Source: Amphiscolops sp. MND2022
Taxonomy: Eukaryota
Direction: 5' to 3'
DNA: 60,000 bases
Assembly: GCA_964187785.1 (NCBI GenBank)
Contig: OZ076409.1
Span: 42,658,001-42,718,000 of the forward strand
Made by a program: the position numbers and the translations under genes. Below the pieces are notes generated by a model. The model had not been told where the DNA came from. It saw only the letters and a list, made by a program, of their open reading frames with translations, and made no database searches. Below, piece by piece: positions 25,187-36,235 of the stretch. Each line of letters begins with the position of its first letter. Within the stretch, counting starts at the first letter, position 1.

Positions 25187-26833
25187 ATGAAACCTTTGTC
25201 TCTATCTCCACCCGGGGGCGGCAAAAAGAAATGGATGCTGAACTTTTGTTTGTTCATCTTCATTCTCTGCTTATTCACATCTGCCATTTGGTCCAAAAAA
25301 TTATCACAATTTTTTGATTGGATTCTACAGTCTTCCTTTCCCGCATTATTCCAGTGGAATTCTTCGTTCAGTAAAAACTCCAAAAGTGCTTTCTACCAAA
25401 GAATCCACGATGAAGATAGACGGAGAGAGCTCAACAGTGATCGCAAATCTCCCAATTGTACCCGTCTTTTGAGACATCTAGGGTCAGAAGATGACCTTTA
25501 TGATTGTCCCAATTGCAGATATTTCACTTATTGCCATCGTTTAGGCGTCTTATTGGACAACTGCCTAGCCAATGAAATCTCACAAAACAATTTTATCAGT
25601 CGCTCTTCAATGATGACTAATACAGTTTCCGGTTTAGACAACCAGTCTATAGAAGGGTCAAATTTATTATTTATCAGCTTTGACCCAATTGGCAGCAACC
25701 GACATATTTTCACCAAAAAATTATTATCAAATTTTGTCTCCTCTCTGCAAAAAACAGAGAGAAAAGAACCAGTACTACATACTCCAGCAGTATCTTGCCA
25801 AAGCTTTGTTTCCGCCGTGAATTTGGAATCGAAAAAGTCCAGAGTATTAATTTACGGACCCAAAACGTTCGGAATTCATGAAGTTTTGTCGCAAGACAGG
25901 TCCAACATGTACGTTTTATGGGCCAAACATCCTTTTCAGCAGGTGAAGGACACTTATGAGTTCCTTTACCACAACTGGAATTATATCCTAAACGCTTTCC
26001 CTAAAAAATTAGACGACAGATCTCGCAATTTCACAGCTTATTTTACAAGCATAGAAAAGTTCATAAAAAGCTCCAATGGAAGTTTGGAACATTTTTTGTT
26101 TTCTGTTCGAAATGTTAGTGTGGCTTTTTTGGATAATCAAATGATCAGAAGTCTGCTTTATTCTATGCCTGTTTTTCCTTCTTACGTCAATTTTTCCCAG
26201 CAGCTAAATTTCCCGCCAAATTCTTCTTCTCCCACTCCCTTCGTTTATCCCAACAGTAGGGGTGGGGTGAAAGGAAAAGGGCCAGGCGAAAAAGAGGGAA
26301 TTGAAAATAACGATTTGAACTTTTTCCAATCACATGAACAATCGATAACGCTGCGAGAACCACCACTTATAACACAAGTGCATTACGCACGTGCCGTTTC
26401 CAATGTGAGGAAATACATAGCTTATGTAGGAGTCAACGAGCAATTTGAAGAATCAACAGAACTGTTGTGCCACTTGCTCAACCTATCGCAAGACTGCTTC
26501 GGGGGCCCAACGATGGGTGCGATGGGGACACACAGAAACAGCAGGTCCCCTACTCCTGTGGCGGCCGCTGCTGGTGCTCCTGTTTCTGCAACTGCTAACG
26601 CTTCCTACCCGTCAGTTTTCCCTGATCCGTCATCTCCCGAGTGGATGAAAGCGGTTGCGGAGAAGACAAGTCTATCTGCGTCAGTCATTGATATTCTACA
26701 GCAAAGGAACTTTTGGGATTTGAAGCTGTATGCACATCTGAGCGAGCTTTCACACTATCAGTTACAAACTCCATTAGCTAACCATTTTTTCCACACAACT
26801 TCAACCTCGGCTTCAGAGAGAAATACAAACTGA
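25187..26833 (+). CDS. Type II membrane (Golgi-type) sulfotransferase-like protein, 548 aa, single exon
   Basis: Long intact ORF; basic N-terminus plus hydrophobic anchor (MLNFCLFIFILCLFTSAIW); C-terminal motifs AVSNVRKYIAYVGVNEQFEESTELL and ILQQRNFWDLKLY typical of HS2ST/HS6ST/Gal3ST-like sulfotransferases. Confidence 0.72.
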   Translation: MKPLSLSPPGGGKKKWMLNFCLFIFILCLFTSAIWSKKLSQFFDWILQSSFPALFQWNSSFSKNSKSAFYQRIHDEDRRRELNSDRKSPNCTRLLRHLGSEDDLYDCPNCRYFTYCHRLGVLLDNCLANEISQNNFISRSSMMTNTVSGLDNQSIEGSNLLFISFDPIGSNRHIFTKKLLSNFVSSLQKTERKEPVLHTPAVSCQSFVSAVNLESKKSRVLIYGPKTFGIHEVLSQDRSNMYVLWAKHPFQQVKDTYEFLYHNWNYILNAFPKKLDDRSRNFTAYFTSIEKFIKSSNGSLEHFLFSVRNVSVAFLDNQMIRSLLYSMPVFPSYVNFSQQLNFPPNSSSPTPFVYPNSRGGVKGKGPGEKEGIENNDLNFFQSHEQSITLREPPLITQVHYARAVSNVRKYIAYVGVNEQFEESTELLCHLLNLSQDCFGGPTMGAMGTHRNSRSPTPVAAAAGAPVSATANASYPSVFPDPSSPEWMKAVAEKTSLSASVIDILQQRNFWDLKLYAHLSELSHYQLQTPLANHFFHTTSTSASERNTN

Positions 26834-28051
26834 GTTACAGCAACTACAACCCAGCAACCCCCACCTTCAAGAATACCCACTCAGTCCGCTTTCGCAACCG
26901 AACCTCCTTAAGCCTCCACTACTGTTGTTGCTTTATGTTGACCCAGATAGCTAAAAATACGTTAGCAGTATTTTTGTAAGCAACTTTATATGTGTATCAA
27001 TCTTTTTTCTCATAATGTTCAATTTTGCGAATTTGAATTCAAAGTTACACAAGAGTGGCTTGCCGTTGCACGCATAGCATCATCCATTATTGAAATGACG
27101 TCATTTCTGAGACGATACTCGAGGCACTTTAGGAAGAAAGGAAAAATCCCTACTGACTTTTGATAAGTCTGAGTTTTCAATTTGAGGCAGAAAGACAAGC
27201 AAGATCTGATTAAAATGCAATAGGACAACTTTGTCCCCTCGGAGGCTAATGTCTTGAAATTCCAAATCTTTCCAAAATATCAATTTTTCTGACGCTTCAT
27301 TCTTAGATTTACTTTTAGAATAATTTAACCGTAAGCTGAAATTCAAAAAGTAGCAACATTAGCAAGATGTAGAAATTCAGTTCCAAGTCTCAGTGGGAAA
27401 TGCAATTCCGGAAGAGACCAAGGAATCAGGCGCCAATATATTGACGTTAATTTACATCTTAAAAGTAACAATTGGTTCGGCGACACAGGGAAAGCCACTT
27501 TCCTCGAATGTCAATGTGAAGTAGAATATTTGAAGTTTCTTGTTATTCTTTTCCTCTGAACATCTCAGAATTAGGTATATTTTCAGCATTCATAATGCGA
27601 GCAAGACTGATTAATTATGACTTACCATCAAAAGAAAAATCGTCCTAGAAATTACCCTGAAAAACCCAATTCTGATTGAGGAGAATTTTGAAGAGTGTCA
27701 CAGTGCAGTTATAACGATTGAAAGCTGTAATGCCAACACTCTGCAGCATTTCTATTGTAATCGAGTCGGTCGGTCGGATTTCGAAAAGAAGGATCAAATA
27801 CAAAATCAAGTAGATCCGCGAATGCAGTTCTTTTCGAGGCAGCAATCGTAGTCTTCCACAACAGTAAAATCAGGCCGATTGATTCGAAATTTCGTCATGT
27901 GCATCTTCGTTGGCTTACTTCCGTTTGGTTACTTCTTCTGTCTCAAAAATTCTGATTCTTTGTGTTTGGCGACCTTGTTGTTCGAAAAAATTACAAACGT
28001 GGAGCATTTGAATTGACGAGAGTATCAGCGCATCCAGTGTGTAGTGGTATA

Positions 28052-29615
28052 TGTCGCAGGCTGCCACCTGTGATCTTATTTTATTTTATGTCCCTTTGTG
28101 TCGTCTTGGACAGCCAGTCCGGTTTAATTTAGACCAATCATATTGCAGTATTAGTATGAGTGCTCTGATTTAGTGCTTTTAATTAATGGACGTGATGGCC
28201 GTTCACCGATTGTCAACTAATAAACCAGTACGTTTGCGGCAGTCGGACATTGAGTCCTAATTTGCATTTTAAGTGCTGTTAACTTTCATTTAAAGGCCAT
28301 TCACGGCTGTCCACCTAAATAAATCTCTCACTTATGGCTAGTGGACAGCTAGTCCGGTTAAATATTAACCAATCAGAGCGCAGTATTACTTTCATTTGTT
28401 GCTGTACTGAGTTATTTAATCAAAGGATTAGACGGCCATATGTCGCTTGTCAATAAAGCGCTTGTCCGTTCATGTCTATGGGACGCTGAGTCCGTAACTA
28501 AATTAAAAGCGCTAGCTGGTGAATATTATCAATTGCATAATTGTTGGTGCTTTAATTTCCCATATGATGCATTATTAGTCCTCAAAGGACTTATGAACTA
28601 CGACAGACAACGTGCTATCAGTGCATCTTCATATAATTCATGCAATCCTAACGAGTGTTGAAATACATGTATCCTGTTTAGTTTTATGCATGTAAATCGT
28701 TTATTGTCCGTATGGACTCACGGGCTTCCCGCCATGTTAACTGTCGGAAAGGCCCTTTGATGTATATAGCGTCATGATGATGCTTGTTACTATTTATAGC
28801 ATTGGCTATATTTAGAAAGCCCTTAAGGCTATTTTCAGTTCATGACTGTTAAAATATTGAGTGTCATGCAGTGTTGCATATAAATAACCGGGACTCGTAG
28901 TCCCGGGGAACACAATTGTTCTGACGCTGTTATAAACTGTTTGATAAATCCGTTCAAATAAACTGTGTTTGCAAGCTTAAGAAAATTAATTTAAATTCTT
29001 ACCTCTTGCAATAATCTCTTATGCCTTCCACTAGAAAACAAAGAGCGAAAGGAAGGAGCTGAAGGCAAGTGGACTTGATGTCTGGTGTAGAGAATCTAGA
29101 CGTAATGTTGGGTTCATACTCAAGAAATCAATTAGAAGTTAATTCCGACGATAGAAATGATGAAGTGGACCTTGGGTATGACAGGACTAGACAGGACGTA
29201 GTCCAAAATAGCGAGGATTTCAGATCGCTTTCAAATTCAAATAGTAGGGAAAACAGTGAATCTACTATTGAGACCGTGAGGCTAGTAAATTCAGAAGTTT
29301 CCAGGAAAATGGAGGAATTGAAAAGGGACTTAAATTCCCAAATAGCTGAGACTATAAATTCACTAATCAATGAGAGAAACCTTCCAAATATCCAAAATAC
29401 CATGACTAATCAAAATTCTGTGTTTCGGGAAGAAATGGACCAGAGGTCCGGTAGACTAAACAGGACCGCCGGAGAGAAAAATGCTAGAAATGCATTGAAA
29501 ATGAACTCAAAGCCTATTTTGGCTAATAGTAGTCGACGAGACTACTTTAGTGGAAACTCTGATGTTTCCCAATCAAGTGACGAAGATCATGACATATTGA
29601 CCAAGAGTCACGACA
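28052..29615 (+). repeat. 5' LTR (1564 bp)
   Basis: Nearly identical to 36236-37799; contains repeated ggacagc.agtccggtt...CCAATCA modules and the gag start. Confidence 0.95.
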
Positions 29616-30735
29616 TGGTAACAGGAGCCAAACCTACCCCTCGTACAGTTCCTGAATTTCTTACTGGACGGCCCATGCACTGCCAAATCGACACACAGAA
29701 TCCAAATCCCCCACTTGGTCAGTCTTCGGAGAATAACCCTCCGGTCCAAGGGACAAGTGCCAACGATAACTCAGACCCTATCAGACGCCTTGCGGATATG
29801 CTGGTCGGAATGAATAGCAAATTATCACCACAAACACTGATGGTACGACCGGTCAGCACCACCACACTGACGTTTGATGGCAAGTCGGAGAAATTCGAAC
29901 TCTTTGAAGATCTTTTTCATACCATGATAAAGATGCAGCCGGAAATGACAGAAACGATGAAAATCAATCATTTTCACTCCCTATTAAGGAAAAATGCCTT
30001 ACAAACATTCCGCAATATTAGCACTGCTAATAGGCAAACCTTGGAAGATGTACTGGCAGTCTTCAGACGAAAGTACGTCAAACCAGAATCTCAGGCAACT
30101 GCCAAGCACAAATGGCATAAATTAGTGTTTGATCCAAACACTATGAAATTGCCGGACTTTCTTGAAGAATTAAATCAGGGTGCGGAAAAGGCGTTCGGTG
30201 AAAACGCCCAGGCGATGATAGACAGCCTATTGTACGCCAAATTGCCCCCAAGACTCAAAAGGTCCGTCAATATGGCACGACTGGAAAACGCTTCATATGA
30301 GGAAATTGTCACCCACTTGGAGCGAGAATTAGAGCTTAATGGACTTGAGGAAGGTAACGACATTCCAGTACCCACAATGTCAACTGCCCCTACAGCAACA
30401 CGACCGGGAACTGGCCTTCTTTCTTCGCGTATTGACCCAAATATCACCTGCAACTATTGCAAAAAACCCGGGCACGTCAAGGACGACTGCCGGAACTCAA
30501 AAGAAAGGAGGAACAAAAACGCAACGAAGGGCAGGATACCAAGAAAGAATATCCCAAATGTCCGACTTGTGACAAAATAAACCACCCGGCGGAACGGTGT
30601 TGGAAAGGCGCCGGAGCCCACCTCAAGCGCAAAAACCTCAAATTGGAGGACGCAAAACAGGACGATGCGTCCACTAGCCCACATGATGCTAACAACAAGC
30701 AACCCACCTCTATCTTAAAAAACTCAAAAAACTAA
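29021..30735 (+). pseudogene. gag: gag with two CCHC knuckles; premature TGA at 29060 and a frameshift near 30490
   Basis: ATG 29021 MPSTRKQRAKGRS* is in frame with the 503-aa ORF; knuckles CNYCKKPGHVKDDC and, in a shifted frame, CPTCDKINHPAERC; ends SKN*. Confidence 0.85.
30726..30735 (+). promoter_or_regulatory. Putative -1 ribosomal frameshift site A AAA AAC at the gag/pol junction
   Basis: AAAAAAC lies directly before the gag TAA and a -1 shift enters the pol frame (LILPRLQF); the same context is conserved at 57879-57888 on the minus strand. Confidence 0.7.
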
Positions 30736-30737
30736 TT

Positions 30738-33020
30738 TTGCCACGACTCCAATTTAATGAAGAACTACGTGTCAGACAGTATATAATTTCTGACCCTTCT
30801 ACTGTATTTTGTTTCGAATATTATTCTTCACTTAAGGGAGACTCATCAGGTGACTGGCAGCAGCCAATGAGCACCACCCCTACTCATTTTCGCACGTTGG
30901 ACAACTGGTCCGACGGACGTGACTTGACTACGGACTATATCCGTCCTCTACCAGCAATACCCGATTATAACCCCTACTATATGGACCCTGACTACGGTGT
31001 TGACCCCTATTGGGACATTCAAATCTACAATCAGCATGAGTTACAATTCCATGAAGATTTCAACAAACAAGACACCGAAATCGAACCTGGCTGTCGCGTA
31101 ACTGACAGGACATTAAACCATGCTCTGACTAAAGCTCTAGTTGACCCGTTACAAACAAGAACTAATTCTTACGTGTCACCGGCACACGATGAGTCAGCAG
31201 ACGAATTCTACCATACTGGACCGCAAGTCTCTTTGACCACGGCCGTCGAAGCACGAATTCTGAACACCCTGGTCAACAGAAATGACGAGCCAGATTATGT
31301 ACCGCTGACAACCAACCTTGGACTCAATTATAAACGACGAATGCTCTATTTTTTTATGGATTTTGGCGAACTTACATTAAATGGCCTTGTAGACACGGGA
31401 GCCCTATCTAGCGCGATCCCAGAAGCTGATCTATGTAAAATCCGATTGTTAGCCCCTCAGTCAATTGACAAAGAGGGCCCAGCACCCAATTTCCAATTAA
31501 TGGTAGCGAATGGGCAGTTGGAAACTCCAAAGAGCACTGTCGAACTGAAATTTGAAGTCAGCGATATAGATTTTCACGAGATTTTCATAGTTATGGAAAA
31601 CCCCACAAGTCCGTTAATTGGTTTTTCGTACCTTCAGCGGAACGATACCATTTTGGATATGAGACAAGGACTCTTAAATTTCCCCTTTTTCTCGATGCAA
31701 TTAAAGACAGCGTATCACAAGTATACGAAAGTCATGGAGCCTATCAGTACAAAGGAGGACATCACAATTCCCCCAAATGGCAGGCAATTGATCTCCATAA
31801 ATTTCCAAATGTATGCAGACACTACGGTCACAGCCATACTTCAGCCGAGCTCTACCATCGCTGAGGATGATGATGTTGCACTTTGTGCTGCCTTGGTCAG
31901 ATTGACACAAGGTCGAACCATGATCCATGTGAACAATTTCACGGATCATCCTTATACCCTAGAACGGGGTTCGCAAATTTCTGTTCTCACGCCGAAACAA
32001 ATGAAATTCGTCAAACCTATAGACCCGGTGATCACATGGCACCCTCTACAGGACTATCCTGAAAATGCTGATTTCTATGCCAGCAGTTTATCAAATCTAC
32101 AAAGCCTGAGGATTTTAAGGAGGGCTATTCGTTCCTACTCCGGAAGACCCCGGGGGCCCTCAGCAACATGCGCCCATTCAGAAACAAGTTAGTTATTCAG
32201 AAACACATTCTGAACTAGTTACAGAACATTCAAGAACTCAACCTCCAGGACGACCCCGAGTCCAGGCGGAAATTCTTGACCAACTTCGACAGTTCAGAAT
32301 GCATGCTCCAACAGGACGAGGGTGCACGTATAGAAGACCTTTTAGTCGAGCTTTACAATATTTGTCCTCGACATCGATTCGACATAGGAATGAATGAGGA
32401 ATTTAAGGTTAAATTGACTCCAAAAGACGATTCCCCTATCTATAGCCAAAGTCTACCAACGACAATCAACATCAAGGAGGATATTCTTGTCGAATTGGCG
32501 TTTCTCCATTGCTACGGGATAATCACAACACTTCTCGACTACGGAAATACATGCCAAATGTTCCACTAAAGGACGCTCGACCGGAAGGAATTTGCAGCCT
32601 GATGACGAAATTGACATTCCTCAAGACGATTTATACGTAATTACGTGGGAAACGAACTTTGGAGACTTTGAGTCTGGTCGACGTAATGCGACCTACGAGC
32701 TACCGACTGAACGAGCAGAGACTACGAGCGACGCTGCTGACATTGCTGAGCAACCAGATAAAATTCTGACCGATGTGGACCTACGGTCCACCAGACGCGA
32801 CGTGACTGCAGAAAGTCTTCCTGATCAAATAATGCACGAAAGTGACAATGAATCAACTCCTGATGTTAAAACATCCTCAGGGGGGAGAGATACTATCGTG
32901 CCCGAAGTATTACAAAGTGAAGAAGACGGAGTGTTTGTAGAAAATGAAAGCCCTAGGGGAAGAAGAAACAACCTTCGCCCTAACCCCACCCCCAACTACT
33001 CTGAAGAATACAGATACTAG
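30738..33020 (+). pseudogene. pol: pol remnant: aspartic protease, dUTPase-like segment, RT start fused by deletion to integrase C-terminal tail
   Basis: LVDTGA protease motif; TIPPNGRQLI...VNNFTDHPYTLERGSQI; the RT-proximal sequence stops at GIITTL (about 32533) and jumps to RLRKYMP and an acidic tail ending NLRPNPTPNYSEEYRY*. Confidence 0.85.
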
Positions 33021-36000
33021 TCAGAATATTAAATTGCGAAGTCTTTTTCTTGCTATCTGTCTTCAAGGACATGTATTTTTACTTGGGACTATTCTGACTT
33101 CTTTTGAAATAAATACCCGTCGACAAAGCAACTTAGTGGCGTACAATATAAAGGCCACAAATGGCAACTGCAAATAATGATTTAGCTTTATCCTGTTCTG
33201 GGATTTGTCCCTCAATTACGGCTGGGATCCGTTCTTCAGCTCCTAATGACTCCATCTTTCTTGTGAAGTATGCCCCACAACTTTCAGTGTTGCTCGTTGA
33301 TGACAGCTCAACTAAGGACCTCGTGTCTACTGGGCGTCCAGCGACCTCTGGTTCGGGGATTGACTCAATTTGTTGGGACTCATCTCTATTACCTCAGTTG
33401 ATTTTGGATTCGGTTGGCCACTCATTTCTTTGCCTAAACGGAAAGAAATAAATTCATGCGATCTACTTCCGCTATAAAAATCCATCTTATCGCGTTTGAA
33501 AGCCTTTCGAAAGCAAATTCATTATCTGTTCATACCTATGGGTGAATATTTTACGATGGAGGAAGTGAAAACTTAGTCAATGGGAAGCCCTGATCAAGCT
33601 CAAAATTGACAAAATATTTTAAAGAACCAACCTGATGTTTGTCTAAATTGGCAAGCAGAATTTGTCTGTCGAACTTCAACTGTTGGACTGGAAGGCTGAC
33701 GTCCATGATTTGGAAAGATTACTATTATGTTGGAATTGGTGATCGGGAAACAGCTAAGGGACAAATACTGACTCAGGTCAAGCAGGGTCTGATAGACTTG
33801 AAGTCCAAGAAATGCAAAACTGCGTGAGGATGCTGCTGATGAGACAAAACTGTCACAAAATTAACCTGTTGTGGTCTAATCGGCTAAACTGACCCTGGAG
33901 AATGATAATCAAAGATTCGAATACAAAATGTAACAAGGAAGATAAAGAATTTGAGTGCTATACTGTTGACTGTGTTAGTTATCAAATTGGTTTAAGGTGC
34001 TCTACGACAATTCGACTACAAGTCCCATTTTCATATACTTACTTGTTACTACCAAATTCGACTATTGAGGAGGTTAATTATCTAGTTATTGCATTCTTTA
34101 ATATGACTTTCATTAAAGGACGTCGTGGCTACATGCAAACTATTTCATTACTACCGAAGTTACTATTTATTTCAACTAAACTTTCAGCATGATTTTCGGT
34201 GTTTCGGAACCTGCCAGTGATGTACACTGGACCACTATTCCTTCTTACCATTTTCTTATTAAAATTACCATCATTACAATTTCTATATTTCATCGATCTT
34301 CGCCATTTTGATATTCCATTCAGAAAATTCATTTATTTAATGGCAGAATTTGATTGGCTAGTTAGTCGAAGCTAGATGCGTAGACCGCTGGTCTTTGAAG
34401 TACACAGTGTATTTATTCATCATAACATCTTGATTTCGTTCATCTCAATTTCATCCGACCGATCAGTCGACTCACTTAAATTTCGACATTTGCAAAGAAA
34501 TTCTTTCTGAATATACATAAAGTTGAAAAGTCTCTACAATTCTCTGATGACTGTGGTCCTATCTGGCTGTATAGACAACGGATCTTTTGCTAGCACACTA
34601 TGCAGCCAAGGAAGCTTCTTTGATTCCGAGCTAAATAGTGAACGAATCGACCGGGCAGGAGAATCCTACACAACAAGACAACGCAGAATAGATGCTTCTC
34701 AGGCTGGGTTGCGAGCGGGCTCAATTTTCCTCGTACCCAGGGGAGTGTCGCAGGCTGCCGTCTGCGATGAGAATTTGTACCAAGTGATGGCAAACGATAG
34801 AGGAGTTTTGCCTCTATAGACCACGTGGACCGCCAGTCCACGTTTGAACGACTTTTATAAATATCTAGTCTTTATAAACTGTCTATTTATACAATTTTAA
34901 AATTTTACGGACCGTCGGTCCATTCGCCTAATTGCGACTTATAGTTAAAATTGTTTTCCTGTGCTTAACATGCAAAATATTGTACAATTATAGTTCATTC
35001 ATTAATTTATTATGATTGGTATCTATTTCACAGGTAAACCAGAAAGCTAGAAGCTTGAAATATCAATTTGCAGTATAAAAGTAACTGGAACGTTGAAAGG
35101 AAACGCGTTCCAATGGACGCCTCAACTAGTCAAATCGACGTGTGGTCCTTTTACTTTATTATCCAATCAGCGTTTATTATTCATTCACTTGTGCTATTAT
35201 TGTGCTAATTATTTGTTGCCTTCAAATAAAAGGCCGGATACGGCAGACAGCCGGCTACGGCCTTAATCGTCATTCAAAAGTTGGTGCTGTTCACTTGTAT
35301 TTTTGAATGCTAGTATTATGCAGTATTTCATTCATTTACTATTGCTGTAATTCAATGACCGAGTACGGCCATGCGCCGTAGACAGCTTGGCAGTAGAGGG
35401 CGCTTGGACGACAAGGCCTTATTATTACAAAACTTTGATGCTACTGTTCCAGCGCTGTACTATTATTGCTCAAATGTCTTTTGGCTTGGCGCGGTGGACC
35501 ACAGGTCCAAATTTAGACTGACCAATCAGAAGCGCTTACATATTTATATTATTAGTGCTGTGATTAAATACGTGTACGTGCTCAATTAAATTAAATGTAC
35601 GAGTACGGTCACGCGCTGTAGTCAGCCTGTCGTAGCGGACCACAGGGCCTTATTTCAAATCATCCCATCATATGCCGCCATTCAGTGCTCTTATTAATTG
35701 TACGCAGTAAACAGAGTTAAAAACCACGCTGGCCATGCAGTATTTAGAGACGTACTAATACGACAGACAGCCATTGTGGCTTTCCTTTATTTAAAGCAAT
35801 TCTATTAACTTGACAATCTTGCGCTAATATGAAGCAGTTGAAATGTATTTTAATCAATACTTATCGATGCTTTGACACCAGTCCTTGGTGTCCCCTGACC
35901 AAGGACAGTCCACGAATCCTTGATGTTAGTAAAATAGTCCCCACCCGATATTTTATCCACTAACGAAGATTATTATGTAACCATGTCACATGTATTATGA

Positions 36001-36235
36001 GTGTTGCAAAATGTTGTGGACATGAAGGCCATATAGTTTGTTGCTTCTATACATGTAAAATGTTCTCGTTACAGCATATAAAATGATTGCAATGTGTTTC
36101 GGACATCATTCAAGAGACCTATTGTCCTAATAACCAAAGTTGGACGGCACAGTAATCTATCAAGCGATGAAGACAACCACATGGACCGTTTCAGTGTGGG
36201 GTCAGCAGGGACGTTTCTCCTTATGCCAGGGGGAG

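Noticed and set aside
33020..34700. env gene
   Set aside because: No signal peptide, furin site or transmembrane anchor is recognisable in the fragments.
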